A DNA stretch of 64,000 nucleotides, taken from NCBI GenBank assembly GCA_035221665.1, contig CM069148.1, positions 7,874,001 through 7,938,000 on the forward strand, read 5' to 3'. The DNA comes from Okamejei kenojei (taxonomy: Eukaryota). Position 1 is the first letter of the stretch; every line of letters starts with the position of its first letter. Under the pieces are notes generated by a model that did not search any database, was not told the origin of the DNA, and saw only the letters and a list, made by a program, of their open reading frames with translations. A program made the position numbers and the translations under genes. Of the stretch, positions 1 through 12,625 are shown in pieces.

Positions 1-870
1 AGTTGCTGCCTTGCAGCGCTTACTGCGCCAGAGACCCGGGTTCGATCCCAACTGCGGGGTGCAGTCTGTACAGAGTTTGTACGATCTCCCCGTGGCTTTT
101 CTCCGAGATCTTCGGTTTCCCATATCCACAATTCGCTGCAATTTCTTGGATGCAGCTGTTCCCAAACCAATAGACAAGGTTGGACGAGGAGCACGTGAAT
201 CTCTGCCTCACCTGAGAGGGCTGTTTGGATCCCTTGGATGGTGGCTGGGGGGGAGGTGCAGAGGCAGGTGTTGCACCTCATGAGTTGAGTTTCTTGTCAC
301 GTGTAGCGAGGTACAGTGAAATGCTTTTGTTGCGCGCTAACCAGTCGGCAGAAAGTCAACACATGGTTACAATCGAGCCGTCCACTGTGTACAGGGACGT
401 GATAAAGGGAATGACGTGAATAATGTTTAGTGCAAGGTAAAGTCCGATCAAAGATAGTCAGCGGGTCTCCAATGAGGTAGATAGTAGCTCGGGACTTCTC
501 TCTAGTTGTTGGTAGGATGGTTCAGTTGCCTGATAACAGCTGGGAAGAAACTGTCCCAGCTGTTATAACTGTCCCTGTATCTGGAGGTGTGCGTTTTCAC
601 ACATGGTTGCAGGGGAACATGCGTGGGGTAGAAAAAGATCGAACGCGCCAGGAAGTCGCAGAGAGAGTGGACAATGCAGAAAGCGGTCAAAATGGAAAAT
701 TGGGAGAATGATGATGACAATAATAAAATATCTTCATGTAAGTGGCCGCTTGTGGATCAGAATGAGCTTGCAGGCTGAGGGCCTGTTTCTGACCTATGAC
801 TCGCTAACTCAATACTACCGTGTCTAATGTCTTGATGTGCTCGTCTGCACAGCCTTGAAATAATCAGCGT

Positions 871-1382
871 CACGGTGGCGCAGCAGTAGAGTTGCTGCCT
901 TAACGCACCAGGGACCAGGGTTCAATCCCGACTAGGGGTGCTGTCTGTGTGGAGTTTGTGCGTTCTCCCCGTGATCTGCGTGGGTTTCCTCCGAGACCTC
1001 TGGTTTCCTCTGGTTTTCTCTGCCTCTGATGGCAGTGGAGGCCGGTTCTCTGGATGCTTTCAAGAGAGAGTTAGATAGGGCTCTTAAAGATAGCGGAGTT
1101 AGAGGATATGGGGAGAAGGCAGGAACGGGGTACTGATTGGGGATGATCAGCCATGATCTCATTGAATGGAGGTGCTGGCTCGAAGGGCCGAATGGCCTAC
1201 TCCTGCACCTATTGCCTACTGTCCTTCCACACTCCAGAGACGTACAGTGTTGGTTAATTGGCTTGGTACAATTGTAAATTGTCCCTAGTGTGTGTAGGGT
1301 AGTGGTAGTGTGCCTGGATCGCTGGTCGACACGGACTCGGTGGGCCGAAGGGCCTGTTTCCGCGCTGTATCTCTAAACTAAA
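871..1382 (+). mobile_element. HE1-type V-SINE interrupted by a CR1 3' fragment (~1012-1223)
   Basis: tRNA-derived head (A box GGTGGCGCAGC, B box GGTTCAATCC), V-domain, CR1-derived tail ending ctctaaactaaa. Confidence 0.85.
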
Positions 1383-1467
1383 GCAAACGGCACATTGGGA
1401 AGTCTTCTATTACAGGAATTCTAAAAACATAGGCACGATTGGGCAATTGTGTCTCAGCATTTGACCA

Positions 1468-2494
1468 CATAGAAACATAGAAATTAGGTGCAGGAGTAGG
1501 CCATTCGGCCCTTCGAGCCTGCACCACCATTCAATATGATCATGGCTGATCATCCAACTCGGTATCCTGTACCTGCCTTCTCTCCATACCCTCTGATCCC
1601 CTTAGCCACAAGGGCCACATCTAACTCCCTCTTAAATATAGCCAATGAACTGGCCTCCACTACCCTCTGTGGCAGAGAGTTCCAGAGATCCACCACTCTG
1701 TGTGAAAAAAGTCCTTCTCATCTCGGTCCGAAAGGATTTCCCCCTTATCCTTAAGCTGTGACCCCTTGTCCTGGACTTCCCCAACATCGGGAACAACCTT
1801 CCTGCATCTAGCCTGTCCAACCCCTTAAGAATTTTGTAAGTTTCTATAAGATCCCCTCTCAATCTCCTAAATTCTAGAGAGTATAAACCAAGTCTATCCA
1901 GTCTTTCTTCATAAGACAGTCCTGACATCCCAGGAATCAGTCTGGCGAACCTTCTCTGCACTCCCTCTATGGCAATAATGTCTTTCCTCAGATTTGGAGA
2001 CCAGAACTGTACGCAATACTCCAGGTGTGGTCTCACCAAGACCCTATACAACTGAAGTAGAACCTCCCTGCTCCTATACTCAAATCCTTTTGCTATGAAT
2101 GCTAACATACCATTTGCTTTCTTCACTGCCTGCTGCACCTGCATGCCTACTTTCAATGACACCCAGGTCTCGCTGCATCTCCCCTTTTCCTAATCGGCCA
2201 CCATTTAGATAATAGTCTGCTTTCCTGTTTTTGCCACCAAAGTGGACAACCTCACATGTATCCACATTATACTGCATCTGCCAAACATTTGCCCACGCAC
2301 CCAGTCACCTTGCAGTTTCCTAGCATCCTCCTCACAGCAAACTCTGCCCCCCCAGCTTAGTGTCATCCGCAAACTTGGAGATATTGATCATTAATGTATA
2401 TTGTAAATAGCTGGGGTCCCAGCTCTGAGCCCTGCGGTACCCCACTAGTCACTGCCTGCCATTGTGAAAAGGACCCGTTTACTCCTACTCTTTG
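1468..2494 (-). mobile_element. CR1/HER1 LINE 3' part with internal deletions
   Basis: [33 protein letters not shown] and LEFRRLRGDLIETYK motifs; 3' tail (CATAGAAA)n at ~1468-1484. Confidence 0.93.
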
Positions 2495-2664
2495 GTGTGT
2501 GGTGTGAGGAATGATCTGTATGGGGTGTAGGAAGCAATGCCAATAAACCTTTAATATCAAGGAACTCAGTACAAGAGTTAGTTCAGCTGCTAAAGGTTGC
2601 TTTAAAAAACAAACCTGGCACATTTAAGTCCCACTTCCTCTGAATGAAAGAACTTGAAATTGGA

Positions 2665-2932
2665 TTAGTTTGGAGAGACTACATTGAAACAGGCTCTTTG
2701 GTCCACCTAGTCCACACCAACCAGCAACCAACCATACGCCACCATCTTACACACGAGGGAATATTTTACAGCGGCCAATTAACCTACAAACCTGCAAGCC
2801 TTTGGAATGTGGAGGAAACCTGAGCACCTGGAGAAAACCCACACGTTCACAGGCAGCAACTGTGGTCTGGATAGAACCCGGGTCTCTGGCGCTGTGAGGC
2901 AGCAACTCTACCGTTGCGCCACCGTTCCGCCC
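2665..2932 (-). mobile_element. HE1-type SINE
   Basis: Reverse-complement match to the family consensus seen throughout the window. Confidence 0.8.
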
Positions 2933-4673
2933 TGAAATGTTATAGATTTAAAGTGGTATCTCTTTTACTTGTTACTGAATGGAAGATGGAGAGACGCGTC
3001 ACACATGTGTAGGAATTCATCAAGAAATTAGAAACGGATGTAAATTAAATTGTATATTAATAGTGTCGTGGCTAATACTGGACTCGAGCCCCAAATAGAA
3101 TTTAGCTTGTACGTGGAATCTCACATAATTGAATCAGACCCCAGTCTATTTTGGGATTTCCAGAAGTGATTTGATGAAGCACGGAATTGGTATTACGTAA
3201 AGTAAAAGCTCCTATTTGGAAGGAATCCAAGCTAAGAGGAAATCGGTAATACACGAATTAACCTTTTAATTTTATTCAAGAGAGAGTTAGATATATCGCT
3301 TGGGGCTTACGGAATCAAGGGAGAAAGCAGGAACTGGGTACTGATTTTGGATGATCAGCTATGACCATATAGACCATTATCGAAGGGCAGAATGGCCTAC
3401 TCCTGCACATATTTTCTAAGTTTCTAGTTGGCATGATGAGTGGCATGGTACAGGGGTTGATGTTAGTTTAGTTTAGAGATACAGTGTGGAAACTGGCCTT
3501 TCGGCCCACTGAGGCCTTGCCGACCAGCGATCCCTGCATACTAACACTATCCTACACGCACTGGGGTCAAGTGCCAATTAACCTACAAACCTGTGCATCT
3601 TTGGAGTGCAGGGGGAAATCGGAGAAAACCCACGCAGGTCACGGGTGGAACATACAAACTCCGCACCAACACATCCATAGTCGGGATCGAACCCAGGTCT
3701 CTTGTTATTGTTCTCGAGGCAAACCAAGGCTGATAAATGAATTTGTTACAATTGAATTGGAACATACAATGACTTGAGGGATTAATTAGCCTGTAGTTAT
3801 ACTGGTACGGTAAATTCATTCCTGGAACTTCAGCAGGGCCAGCTCTAGGAAAATATTTACTTTAGTTACCTTTCTCCAGATGAGAGACTGTTATAAAAAG
3901 AAAAATTGCATTCTGTTTTATTTTCTATTTCCCGTAAATATTATGCTTCCTCTTTGGATTATAAAATGTAAACCAGGACTATTTGGGGCTGCCTCCATTT
4001 CCAACGTGGAAACAAACAACTCCAGATGCTCGTTGAGCAGTCTGAGGGAGGGTTCCGACCCGAAACAACACCTATCCTTGCTCTCCACAGATGCTGCCTG
4101 ACCCGCTGAGTTACTGCAGCATTTTGCATCTCCTCAGTTTTACAAATGTCATTTGTCTTTAGCAACCAACCCCACTTTGGGAATCAATAAAGTTTTGGGA
4201 TCAATCTTGGCCCAATCTAACACGAAACGTTTAACTTTAGTGACGTGCAAGTGAAAAGATACCATGAACTGACCTAATCATTTGGAACATGAAGTGAAAA
4301 TGTGTGAAGTAAAAGTACTTTTCTTGATTTAGACTTGGAGATGCAGTGCAGAGATAAGCCCTTCGGCCCACTTATTCCACGCCAACCATCCCACACGCTA
4401 ACACTATCCCACACACTAGGGACAATTTACAATTTTCAGAAACCAATTAATATTTTCAGAAACCTTTAATATCTTGTCTTTTTCATCATGCGTATAGAGT
4501 TTGCACAATCAACTAATTTTAAACCAGTTAACATATAATCTGGGGAAGGATCTTGACCCAAAACGCCACCTATTCGTTTTTCTCCAGAAACCCGCTGAGT
4601 TACTCCAGAATTTTGTGTCCATCTTCAGTGTAAAAATCAGCATCTGCAGTTCCTCCTTGCACATTATCTCTAA

Positions 4674-4994
4674 AAGCCCTGTCCCACGGTACGAGTTCAT
4701 TCCAAGAGCTCTCTTGAGTTTAAAAAAAAATCAAACTTGTGGTAAGCACGGAGAATGAACATAGCAGGTACGTCGGTGCTCGGGGACATCTCTTAGCGCT
4801 AACGGCAGGTACTCGGGAAGACTCGCTAACGGCAGTTAAGCGCGGGAAGACTCGTGAAGATTTTTCAACATGATGAAAAATGTCCACGAGTGCCCCGCGT
4901 ACCGACGAGCGGCCATTACCGTAAATCTCCGCGTTCGAATCAGGGCAAACTCGGGAGAACTCTTGGAATGAACTCGTACCGTGGGACAGGGCTT
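4674..4994. mobile_element. MITE, PIF/Harbinger-like
   Basis: 35-bp perfect TIR AAGCCCTGTCCCACGGTACGAGTTCATTCCAAGAG (about 48 bp imperfect); TAA TSD at 4671-4673 and 4995-4997. Confidence 0.85.
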
Positions 4995-5413
4995 TAACAT
5001 TGAGTCTCACTGCCTTGAAGGTGGTGCAATTTACACATAACATTGGAGTGGGAAGGAGCTGCATGCATGATTATTCTGTAATAAAATGGAAAAGCAGCAG
5101 CATGAATTAATAATAATTCATAATAATATGAATTATTATTAATTTTATTTAAATTTGTTTATTAAAATAATATTCAATTTCCTGCTTGGTACCCTAACTC
5201 CGTGACTGCTGTTACGATTTTGGGCTGTAATCTTGTCATTTTCTCCAATTGAATTGAATACTTTGTCACATGTGACGAGTCCCAGTGAAATTCTTTGCAT
5301 GCGTTCCCAAGGTATGCAAACAGTGGCCACGTAAAGGGCGCTTTACGAAATTTCCCACGCCGGGTCCTCATTTGTCTACTTTTGCTTACTTCAACAACTT
5401 TTTCTTCCTTTAG

Positions 5414-5468
5414 GTTTGATCTTTCAGATAAGGACAACTTTTTCAGCAGCACTACAAGAAGCACAATA
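5414..5468 (+). CDS. ANO1: Anoctamin-1 internal coding exon (equiv. human exon ~5), (L)FDLSDKDNFFSSTTRSTI
   Basis: Polypyrimidine tract + AG (5412-5413), donor GTGAGT at 5469; 55 nt; matches ANO1 FDLSDKDSFFDSKTRSTI rather than the ANO2 equivalent. Confidence 0.93.
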
Positions 5469-6588
5469 GTGAGTATTGAAACTTTTGGAATGCTTAATTG
5501 AAGTCAATAATGTACAAACTGTTTCCATTGTTTTTAGTTTCAATTATAAAATGACTATTGTTTATTGCTGCCAAGGGTAGCCCATAATATTTGAAATGGT
5601 TTAATAATGTAAGTGATTCTCTATTTATGTCACTCCACATCAAAAACTGCAGATGCTTGACATCTGAAACCAAGGCTGATTAATGCCAAAAGGGCTTAAC
5701 AAGTCGGGCAGCATCTGTGGGGAGAAAAATGTTGACTGTTTTCTTAAGCTCATAAGTGATGGGAGCAGAATGAGGCCATTTGGCCCAATCAGCTCTACTC
5801 TGCCATTCAATCATGGCTGATCTATCTCTCTCTCCTAACGCCATTCTCCTGCCTTCTCCCCATAACCCCTGACATCCGTACTAATCGATTTTCCACCGCT
5901 GCTGCCTGGTTTGCTGAGGTTTCCAAGCCTTTTCCGCTTTGGTTTCTGTGGGGTTGTTTCAAACTGAATGAACTGTAGATGTTTAAATGATAATCCACAG
6001 TCAAAAGAAAAAATAAAATGCTAAACTATTTTGCGATGGATATTACAAATGAGCAGGAATATTGGCCAAATTGGATAGTAAATGCATTTGTACTGTTTAA
6101 CTTGCTGCTGCTGTTGTTGTAATTGTAAAGGCCCTGTTTTCTGTCCATACCAGGTTGGCTATTTGTGATTTGGCAGGAATCCTCTATGTGTAGCTTGGAT
6201 GTGATTAAGGCTGTAGGTGGGTTTCCAGAGAAAAATATTTGTAGTCCTCCCTCGGTCATGACTGACCATGGGCGATGCATCCTAGTTGTTGGCCGCTTGC
6301 TCCAATTCTTGGCTGGAGCAGCGTCGCTTGCGGCTGAAGAGACCAATGCGGGCGTGACATTCTCTGTCGCAAAGGTGTGTGCGGTCTCTGGTCTGTAGAA
6401 GTTGCCGCTCTTGTCTGCCGCTGCGTTCGTCAGTTTCTCTTCCCCCGTTTTGAGATGTTGGCTCAGGGTGCCTCTCCACCTCGTGCGGTCCAGCTGCAAG
6501 GCTCTCCCAGGACTCCACATCGAAAAATATCTTGTCACAGTAACAACACTGTTGGAATTGTGATATGGACAAATCACTGAAATAACTC

Positions 6589-6807
6589 GGGTGTACACAA
6601 AAAGCTGGAGAAACTCAGCGGGTGCAGCAGCATCTAAGGAGCGAAGGAGATAGGCGACGTTTCGGGTCGAGACCCTTCTTCAGACTCTGAAGAAGGGTCT
6701 CGACCCGAAACGTCGCCTATCTCCTTCGCTCCTTAGATGCTGCTGCACCCGCTGAGTTTCTCCAGCTTTTTGTGTACCCTCGATTCTCCAGCATCTGCAG
6801 TACCTTT
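6589..6807. mobile_element. Palindromic mini-element derived from the Penelope terminus (92-bp perfect arms 6593-6684 and 6686-6777, plus tail)
   Basis: Arms are exact reverse complements; arm nearly identical to 42703-42796; 18-bp TSD AAATCACTGAAATAACTC at 6571-6588 and 6808-6825. Confidence 0.9.
6687..6714 (+). ncRNA. Minimal type I hammerhead ribozyme core (putative); mirrored on - strand at 6656-6683
   Basis: CTGAAGA-A-GGGT(CTCG)ACCC-GAAA-C-GTC: CUGANGA box, 4-bp stem II, GAAA box, palindromic ACGU stem III, GUC cleavage triplet. Confidence 0.7.
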
Positions 6808-7820
6808 AAATCACTGAAATAACTCAGCAGGTCCAGGCAAGGGGAGCATTTTGGGTCAACATCTTTGGTCTTGCAGCATTTTCATAATCATAAGTAACGT
6901 AATGAATCTTGAGAACAATTGTAAATCAACTAACTATATGGGTTCATAGGTTCTAGGAGCAGAATGAGGCCATTCAGCCCATCAAGTCTACTCTGCCACT
7001 CATGGCTGGTCTATCTCTTTCTCTCTCTCTCTACCTCCCCCAACACCATTCTCCTGCCTTCTCCCCATAACCACTGACACCTGTACCAATTAAAACTCTA
7101 TCCATCTCTGCCTTCAAAATATCCATTGTTTTGACCTCCACAGCCTTCTGTTTCAACACTATTGTCACATCTCCAATTACTGTCAATCTTTGTTTAAAAA
7201 TAAACGCTAGAGAGATATCCAACTGTGCCAAGATAATTGTGGAAACATGGAACTGCAAATGCTGGTTTACAAAAAAAAAAACACAAAGTGCTGGAGTAAC
7301 TTGGCAGCATCTCCGGAGAATGTGGATGGGTGAAATGTAGGAAGGAACTGCAGATGCTGGTTTAAACTAAAGATAGACACAGTGCTGGAGTAACTCTGAG
7401 GGTCAGGCAGCATCTGTGGGGGAAAGGAATGGGTGACGTTTTGGGTTGAGACCCCTCTCCGGACTGCTAAACTGAACATTCCCTGCATATCTATGTGCCC
7501 ATCTACAAGCTATGGATACACTGGTTATTAAAAGCCACTTGCACTTCCCTGTGTCGGATGCATAAACTATTTGGGTTCAAGCTTTGAAGCATTCATTCCC
7601 ATCCCTGAAACATCCATTCCTGGGGATTTACGGGATTTTAAAATGCTATTTGAACTGAGATGTGGCTTAAAACAACACAGCCCGCTGTCTGGACTCGATG
7701 TTGCTTCCTCTCTCGGTAACATTAAACTGAGACTGACGTTTCCGGAGTAAGGGAATGGGTGACATTTCAGGACTAGGTTCTTCTTCAGACTGGGATTGGG
7801 ACCCTGGTCTGAAGTTCAAT

Positions 7821-7822
<2 letters not shown>

Positions 7823-7851
<29 letters not shown>
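7823..7851. repeat. Poly-G run (29 nt); a similar run lies at ~33596-33637
   Basis: Directly visible. Confidence 0.9.
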
Positions 7852-8921
7852 TGGAAGGATATAAAAAAGTGAAAGGGTAATCATGTCATTGACCCCATAA
7901 GGGCACATGGTGCTGGAGTAACTCAGCGGGTCAGGCAGCATCTCGGGAGAAGATGCTTAGGTGACGTTCCGGGTCTGGACCCTTCTCCAGGCTCCCGACA
8001 CAAAACGTCGCCCGTCCATGTTCTCCAGAGATGCTGCCTGACCCGCTGAGTTACTCCAGCACTGTCTTCTTTTGGGCCAAGGTACGTACCTGTTTGGGAA
8101 CCCGGAGGAAAGGATTAATCTGTGGAAAAAGTCTTCCTGTAACTTGTTTGTTACAACAGAGACTTGGCAAGAAGTAAAAATAGATGCCGGGCGTTTCCCG
8201 TTGGGCCCAGTCTCTGTGGAAAACGGACCCGTGAGAGCTGGGCACATCAGGGTTGCAGCGGCAATATTTTTAGCATTATTATTGATTTGAAGAGCAAACA
8301 TCCCCAATTGGACTTCCCATCTGAGACTGGATCAGGCTGATTAATAGTGGCGGCAAATGTGAACTGTTTAACTAGTTTAGTTTAGAGATACAGCGTGGAA
8401 ACAGGCCATTCAGCTCGCTGAGTCGATGCCAGTCACGCACATGCACCATATTTTTAAGGTAGAGATAGATAGATTCCTGGTTAGTGCAGGTATCAAAGGT
8501 TATGGGGAGAAGGCAGGCGAATGGGATTCGTAGGCTGAGGTAAATCAGCCATGATTGAATGGTGGAGTAGAATTGATGGGCCAAATGACCTAATTCTACT
8601 CCTATCCCTTATGGCCTTAAACCAAGCCAATTAACCCACACACCTGTACGTCTTTGGAGTGTGGGAGGAAACCGGAGCACCCAGAGAAAACCCACGCAGG
8701 TCACTGGGAGAACGTATAAACTCCGTACAGACAGCACTCGTAGTCAGGATCGAACCTGGGTCCCTGGCGCTGTAAGGCAGGCATTCTACCGTTGTGCCAT
8801 CGTGCTGCCCATTAGAAGAAGAATGCAGAAGGATGTCGTTTTCTTCAAGGTCTGGTCCTGCTAAGTTCAAGGAGCAGCGGTCGTGATGTTTTTGGGGCCA
8901 GTTCACCAACTGCTTAGGAAT

Positions 8922-8993
8922 GAAATGTGATGACCTACCAACAACTGAAATGTGATGGAAGGAAATGTGATGACCTACCAACAACTGAAATGT
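8922..8993. repeat. Local tandem duplication, 32-bp unit, period 40
   Basis: GAAATGTGATGACCTACCAACAACTGAAATGT at 8922-8953 and 8962-8993. Confidence 0.9.
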
Positions 8994-10624
8994 TGGTCAT
9001 TAACCTGACAAGGAAATGGGCGTTGTGAAGTGGGGGGAAATGAGAGACTTGAGGATGAAGGAAAACTAACTTTGAACCAAGATAGTATCGGAAGGTGGAG
9101 GGCAGAAATGTGTTTGGAATTGTTAAGGGAAGAAACTGTCCCTGAATCTGGAGGTGTGTGTTGTCATGCTACTGTACCTTTAGCCCGATGGGAGTGGGAA
9201 GAAGAGGGAGTGGCCATGGTGCAGCTCATCCTTGGTTATGCTGTTGTGTTGCTGAGGCAGCGTGAGGTGTAAATGGAGTCGGAGGAAGGGAGATTGGTCT
9301 ATGTGATGGTCTGGCTTTCGCCACAATTCGCTGGAATTTCTTGTGGTTCTGGATTTGCAATAACAAAGAGAATTGGATGGCCATTCCATTCCTCCCTGAT
9401 GGTTCTACCCTCATGGTTATTTTCATTCTAGTCAAGGTCTTTTACGCATCCTCCAATGCCTCTGGGTCCTTTTATTGTATGCGGTACTGTATATCATGTG
9501 CCTACTATGGTCTAAGCAAGGTGCAAATTAACATGTGCAGCCTTTAGAATGGCATTTGCTCAATGTTTACCATCTTGAATATGGTAAAAGCACACCTTAT
9601 TGTTTCGCATTCTACTTGTGAGCCATTCTAATCGTGTGTGTGTGTGTGTGTGAAATCTTGGGGAGCTCAGATTTGAACAGTTCAATCAATAGCCATTGGT
9701 GAGCCTTTAACTCAGAGGTAAACGTCATCAACCTCGGTACTGAACGGTTTAGGTTTATTGCCTCGTGAAATGAGGTAGAGTGAAGAGCTTTGTTTTGCGA
9801 GTTCCCCGATCCAATCGGATATTACACATAAATGATAAAAGATAGATCGGATATACATGAATGCCATGAATCCCATCTCAAGTACAGTTGGTAGAGCTAA
9901 AGGAAGATACAGAGTGCGGAATATAGTTCTCAGCACTGTAGCGAACAGAGATAGACTGAAGGAGGATCTCGACCTGAAACGTCCCCCATTCATTCTTTCC
10001 AGAGATGCTGCCTGTCCCGCTGAGTTACTCCAGCTTTTTGTGTTTATGTTCGGTTTAAACCAGCATCTGCAGTTGCTTCCTACACTGTAATAGCTTGATT
10101 GTAATCGTGTGTTGTCTTTCCGCTGACTGGATAGCACACAATGTTTTGTGTCCCTCTTCAGTTTGAACCAGCTTCCTACACATTGTACCGCCAGAGTTCT
10201 GGAGACAAAGTCCTTATATTAGCAATAGGGTAGCGGTGAATCGGACAGTTTCATGGCTGATGGAAGGTCCATTCAGAAGCCTGATAATAACAGAGGGGAA
10301 GAACCTGTTCCTGAGTCTGGTGCACAAGGAACTGCAAGTACTGCAATCACGATCAAAACATAAAAGTGCTGGAGGAACTCGGCAGGACGGGCAGCATCCG
10401 TGGAGGGAAATGGACAGTGGACACTCTGGGTTGGGACCTTCAGAAGCTTTGAATTCTTTCCTTCCACGGATGCTGCCAGACCTGCCAAGTTCTTCCAGCA
10501 CGTGTATTTTGCTCACGTTTTGTGGGATTTCAGGGTCAGTTGCCCAATTCACATCATTTGCACCAATGATTTAACTTAATGGTATCACGTGTGCCAGTTC
10601 CTAATTAAATGAAAAGAGATTTAG

Positions 10625-10933
10625 AGGCAGCACGGTGGCGCAGCGGTAGAGTTGCTGCATCACAGCGCCAGAGACCCAGGTTCAATCCTGACTGCGGGTG
10701 CTGTCTGTACGGAGTTTGCACGCTCTCCCCGTGAGCTGTGTGGGTTTTCTCCGAGATCTCTGGCTTCCTCCCACACTCAAGGTGTACAGGTTTGTCGGTT
10801 AATTTACTTTGTATAATTGTAAATTGTCCCGTGTGTGCGTGTGTAGGTGAGCGTTAGTGTGCGGGGATCGCTAGTAGGTACGGACTCGGTGGGCCGAAGG
10901 GCCTGTTTCCGTGCGGGTATCTCTAAACAAAAC
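10625..10933 (+). mobile_element. HE1-type SINE, full length
   Basis: ggcagcacggtggcgcagcggtagagttgctgc...gggccgaagggcctgtttcc...ctctaaac. Confidence 0.9.
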
Positions 10934-11813
10934 TGAGATTGTGCAGGAAGTTATGCTGAATTTGTCAACAGCACCGGAGTAAACTTCCTTGTTGTGAAAA
11001 GAAAACAATTTGTGTTTCCCTAAATTACTTCAGAACTCATTTGGAATGTCGCTAATTCGCATTCCTGCTGAGATTGGTGCTCACATGCTTGGCTCTGCTG
11101 TTCTTATTTCACTGATGATGGAATCTATTAATACACTGTTTAGTTAAACCTTTCTGATGGTTTATCGAGTCAATAAAGGACCGTGTGTACATAAAAGCAG
11201 CTCATTGAAGATAAAGATAAACTATTCTGGGTCCTGTATTTACAACTCGCTCTGGAAATGTAAACTTTCAGGATAGAAAAATAATTCCGATACATCTTTT
11301 CCTCCTATTTTGTACCCGACAGTAAGTAACATAGATACATAAAGTATATGCCAGCACCGCCATTAAATGTGATCACGGCTGATCACCCAAAATCAGTACC
11401 CCCTTCCTGCTTTTCCCCCATATCCCTCGATTCCGTTATCCCTAACAGCGAAATTTTAACTCTCTCTTGAAAACATCCAATGAATTGGCCTCCACTGCCT
11501 TCTGTGGCAGAGACTTCCACAGATTTGGTAGTTTTAAGTCTTTTACAGAAAAGTAATACAAATATTATGTAAGTTTACAAAAGGTTTGAATCCTGCCTGA
11601 TTCCATGGCAGCGAGTCTCTTGCCGCCACCCCGAAATCTCTGTTCATTTAAATAGGAACTGGCACACACGATATCATTACCACATCCAGAGAGCAGTCCC
11701 GGACTACTATCAACCTCATTGATGAACCTCTGACTCTCCTTGTTGGGAATTTGCTGGGCTTCACCTTGCACTAAACTTCATTTCCCTTAACATGTATCCA
11801 GACACTGTAATAG

Positions 11814-11998
11814 ATACAACAGCGGAACAGGCAGCATCTCTGGAGAGAAGGAATGGGTGAAATTTCGGGTCTGAAGCAGGGTCTCGACCCGAAACACCCG
11901 ACCCATTCCTTCTCTCCAGAGATGCTGCCTGTCCTGCTGAGTTACTCCAGCTTTTTGTGTTTATCTTCGGTTTAAACCGGCATCTGCAGTTCCTTCCT
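11814..11998. mobile_element. Degenerate palindromic Penelope-terminus mini-element inserted into a Rex1-type 3' fragment
   Basis: Inverted arms around ctgaagcagggtctcgacccgaaac; 12-bp TSD ACACTGTAATAG at 11802-11813 and 11999-12010. Confidence 0.75.
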
Positions 11999-12334
11999 AC
12001 ACTGTAATAGCTTGATTGTAATCGTGCATTGTCTTTCCGCTGACTGGATAGCACACAACAAAAGGTGTCCGAAGAAAGGTCTCCGCCCAAAACGGCACCT
12101 ATTCATGTTCTCCAGAGATGCTGCCTGACCTGTCGAATTACTCCAGAACGCCATGTGCTAGAAGGTTTCTTGTTTTTTTCACGATCGCTGCAATGCTTTC
12201 AAAGAATGACTCTGGTTCTAGCCCTTTCTGTGAGTTAATCTTTAAAATAGTTGCAGTACATTTAATTTGACATTGCACGTGCAAGTGACATTGCTTGCTG
12301 ATCGTAAATGTGAAAAAAATATGTTGTGGAGTTT

Positions 12335-12625
12335 GGTTTAGAGAAACAGCGCGGAGACCGGCTCTTCAGCACACCGAGTCCATACTGACCAGCGACCCCC
12401 GCACATTATCACTACCCTACACGCACTAGGGTCAATTGTACATTTATACCAAGCCAATTAACCTACAAACCAGTACGTATTTGGACTGTGGGAGGAAACC
12501 AAAGATTTCTGAGAAAGCCCACGGGGAGAACGTACAAACTCCGTACGGGAAACGGCCATAGTCTGGATCGAACCCGGGTCTCTGGCGCTGAGAGGCAGCA
12601 AATCTACCGCTGCACAACCGTGCTG
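12335..12625 (-). mobile_element. HE1-type SINE
   Basis: Full-length reverse-complement copy. Confidence 0.85.

Noticed and set aside
533-566. 13-bp inverted repeat ATAACAGCTGGGA / TCCCAGCTGTTAT
   Set aside because: Micro template-switch duplication inside a decayed Rex1-type fragment; no sign of function
3831-3860. cagcagggccagctctaggaaaatatttac resembles part of the ANO1 exon at 44343-44407
   Set aside because: Only ~30 nt with several indels, no frame or splice sites; consistent with chance
6026-6598. 190-aa - strand ORF as a nested gene
   Set aside because: Its start lies inside the palindromic repeat, with no domain motif and no splice or poly(A) support
7823-7851. Poly-G runs (also ~33596-33637 and C-runs at 24421-24450) as functional G-quadruplexes
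   Set aside because: They arise inside or next to repeats, and homopolymer length is unreliable in assemblies
10625-10700. tRNA-like A/B boxes as tRNA genes
   Set aside because: They are heads of tRNA-derived SINEs continuing into the V-domain; no complete cloverleaf
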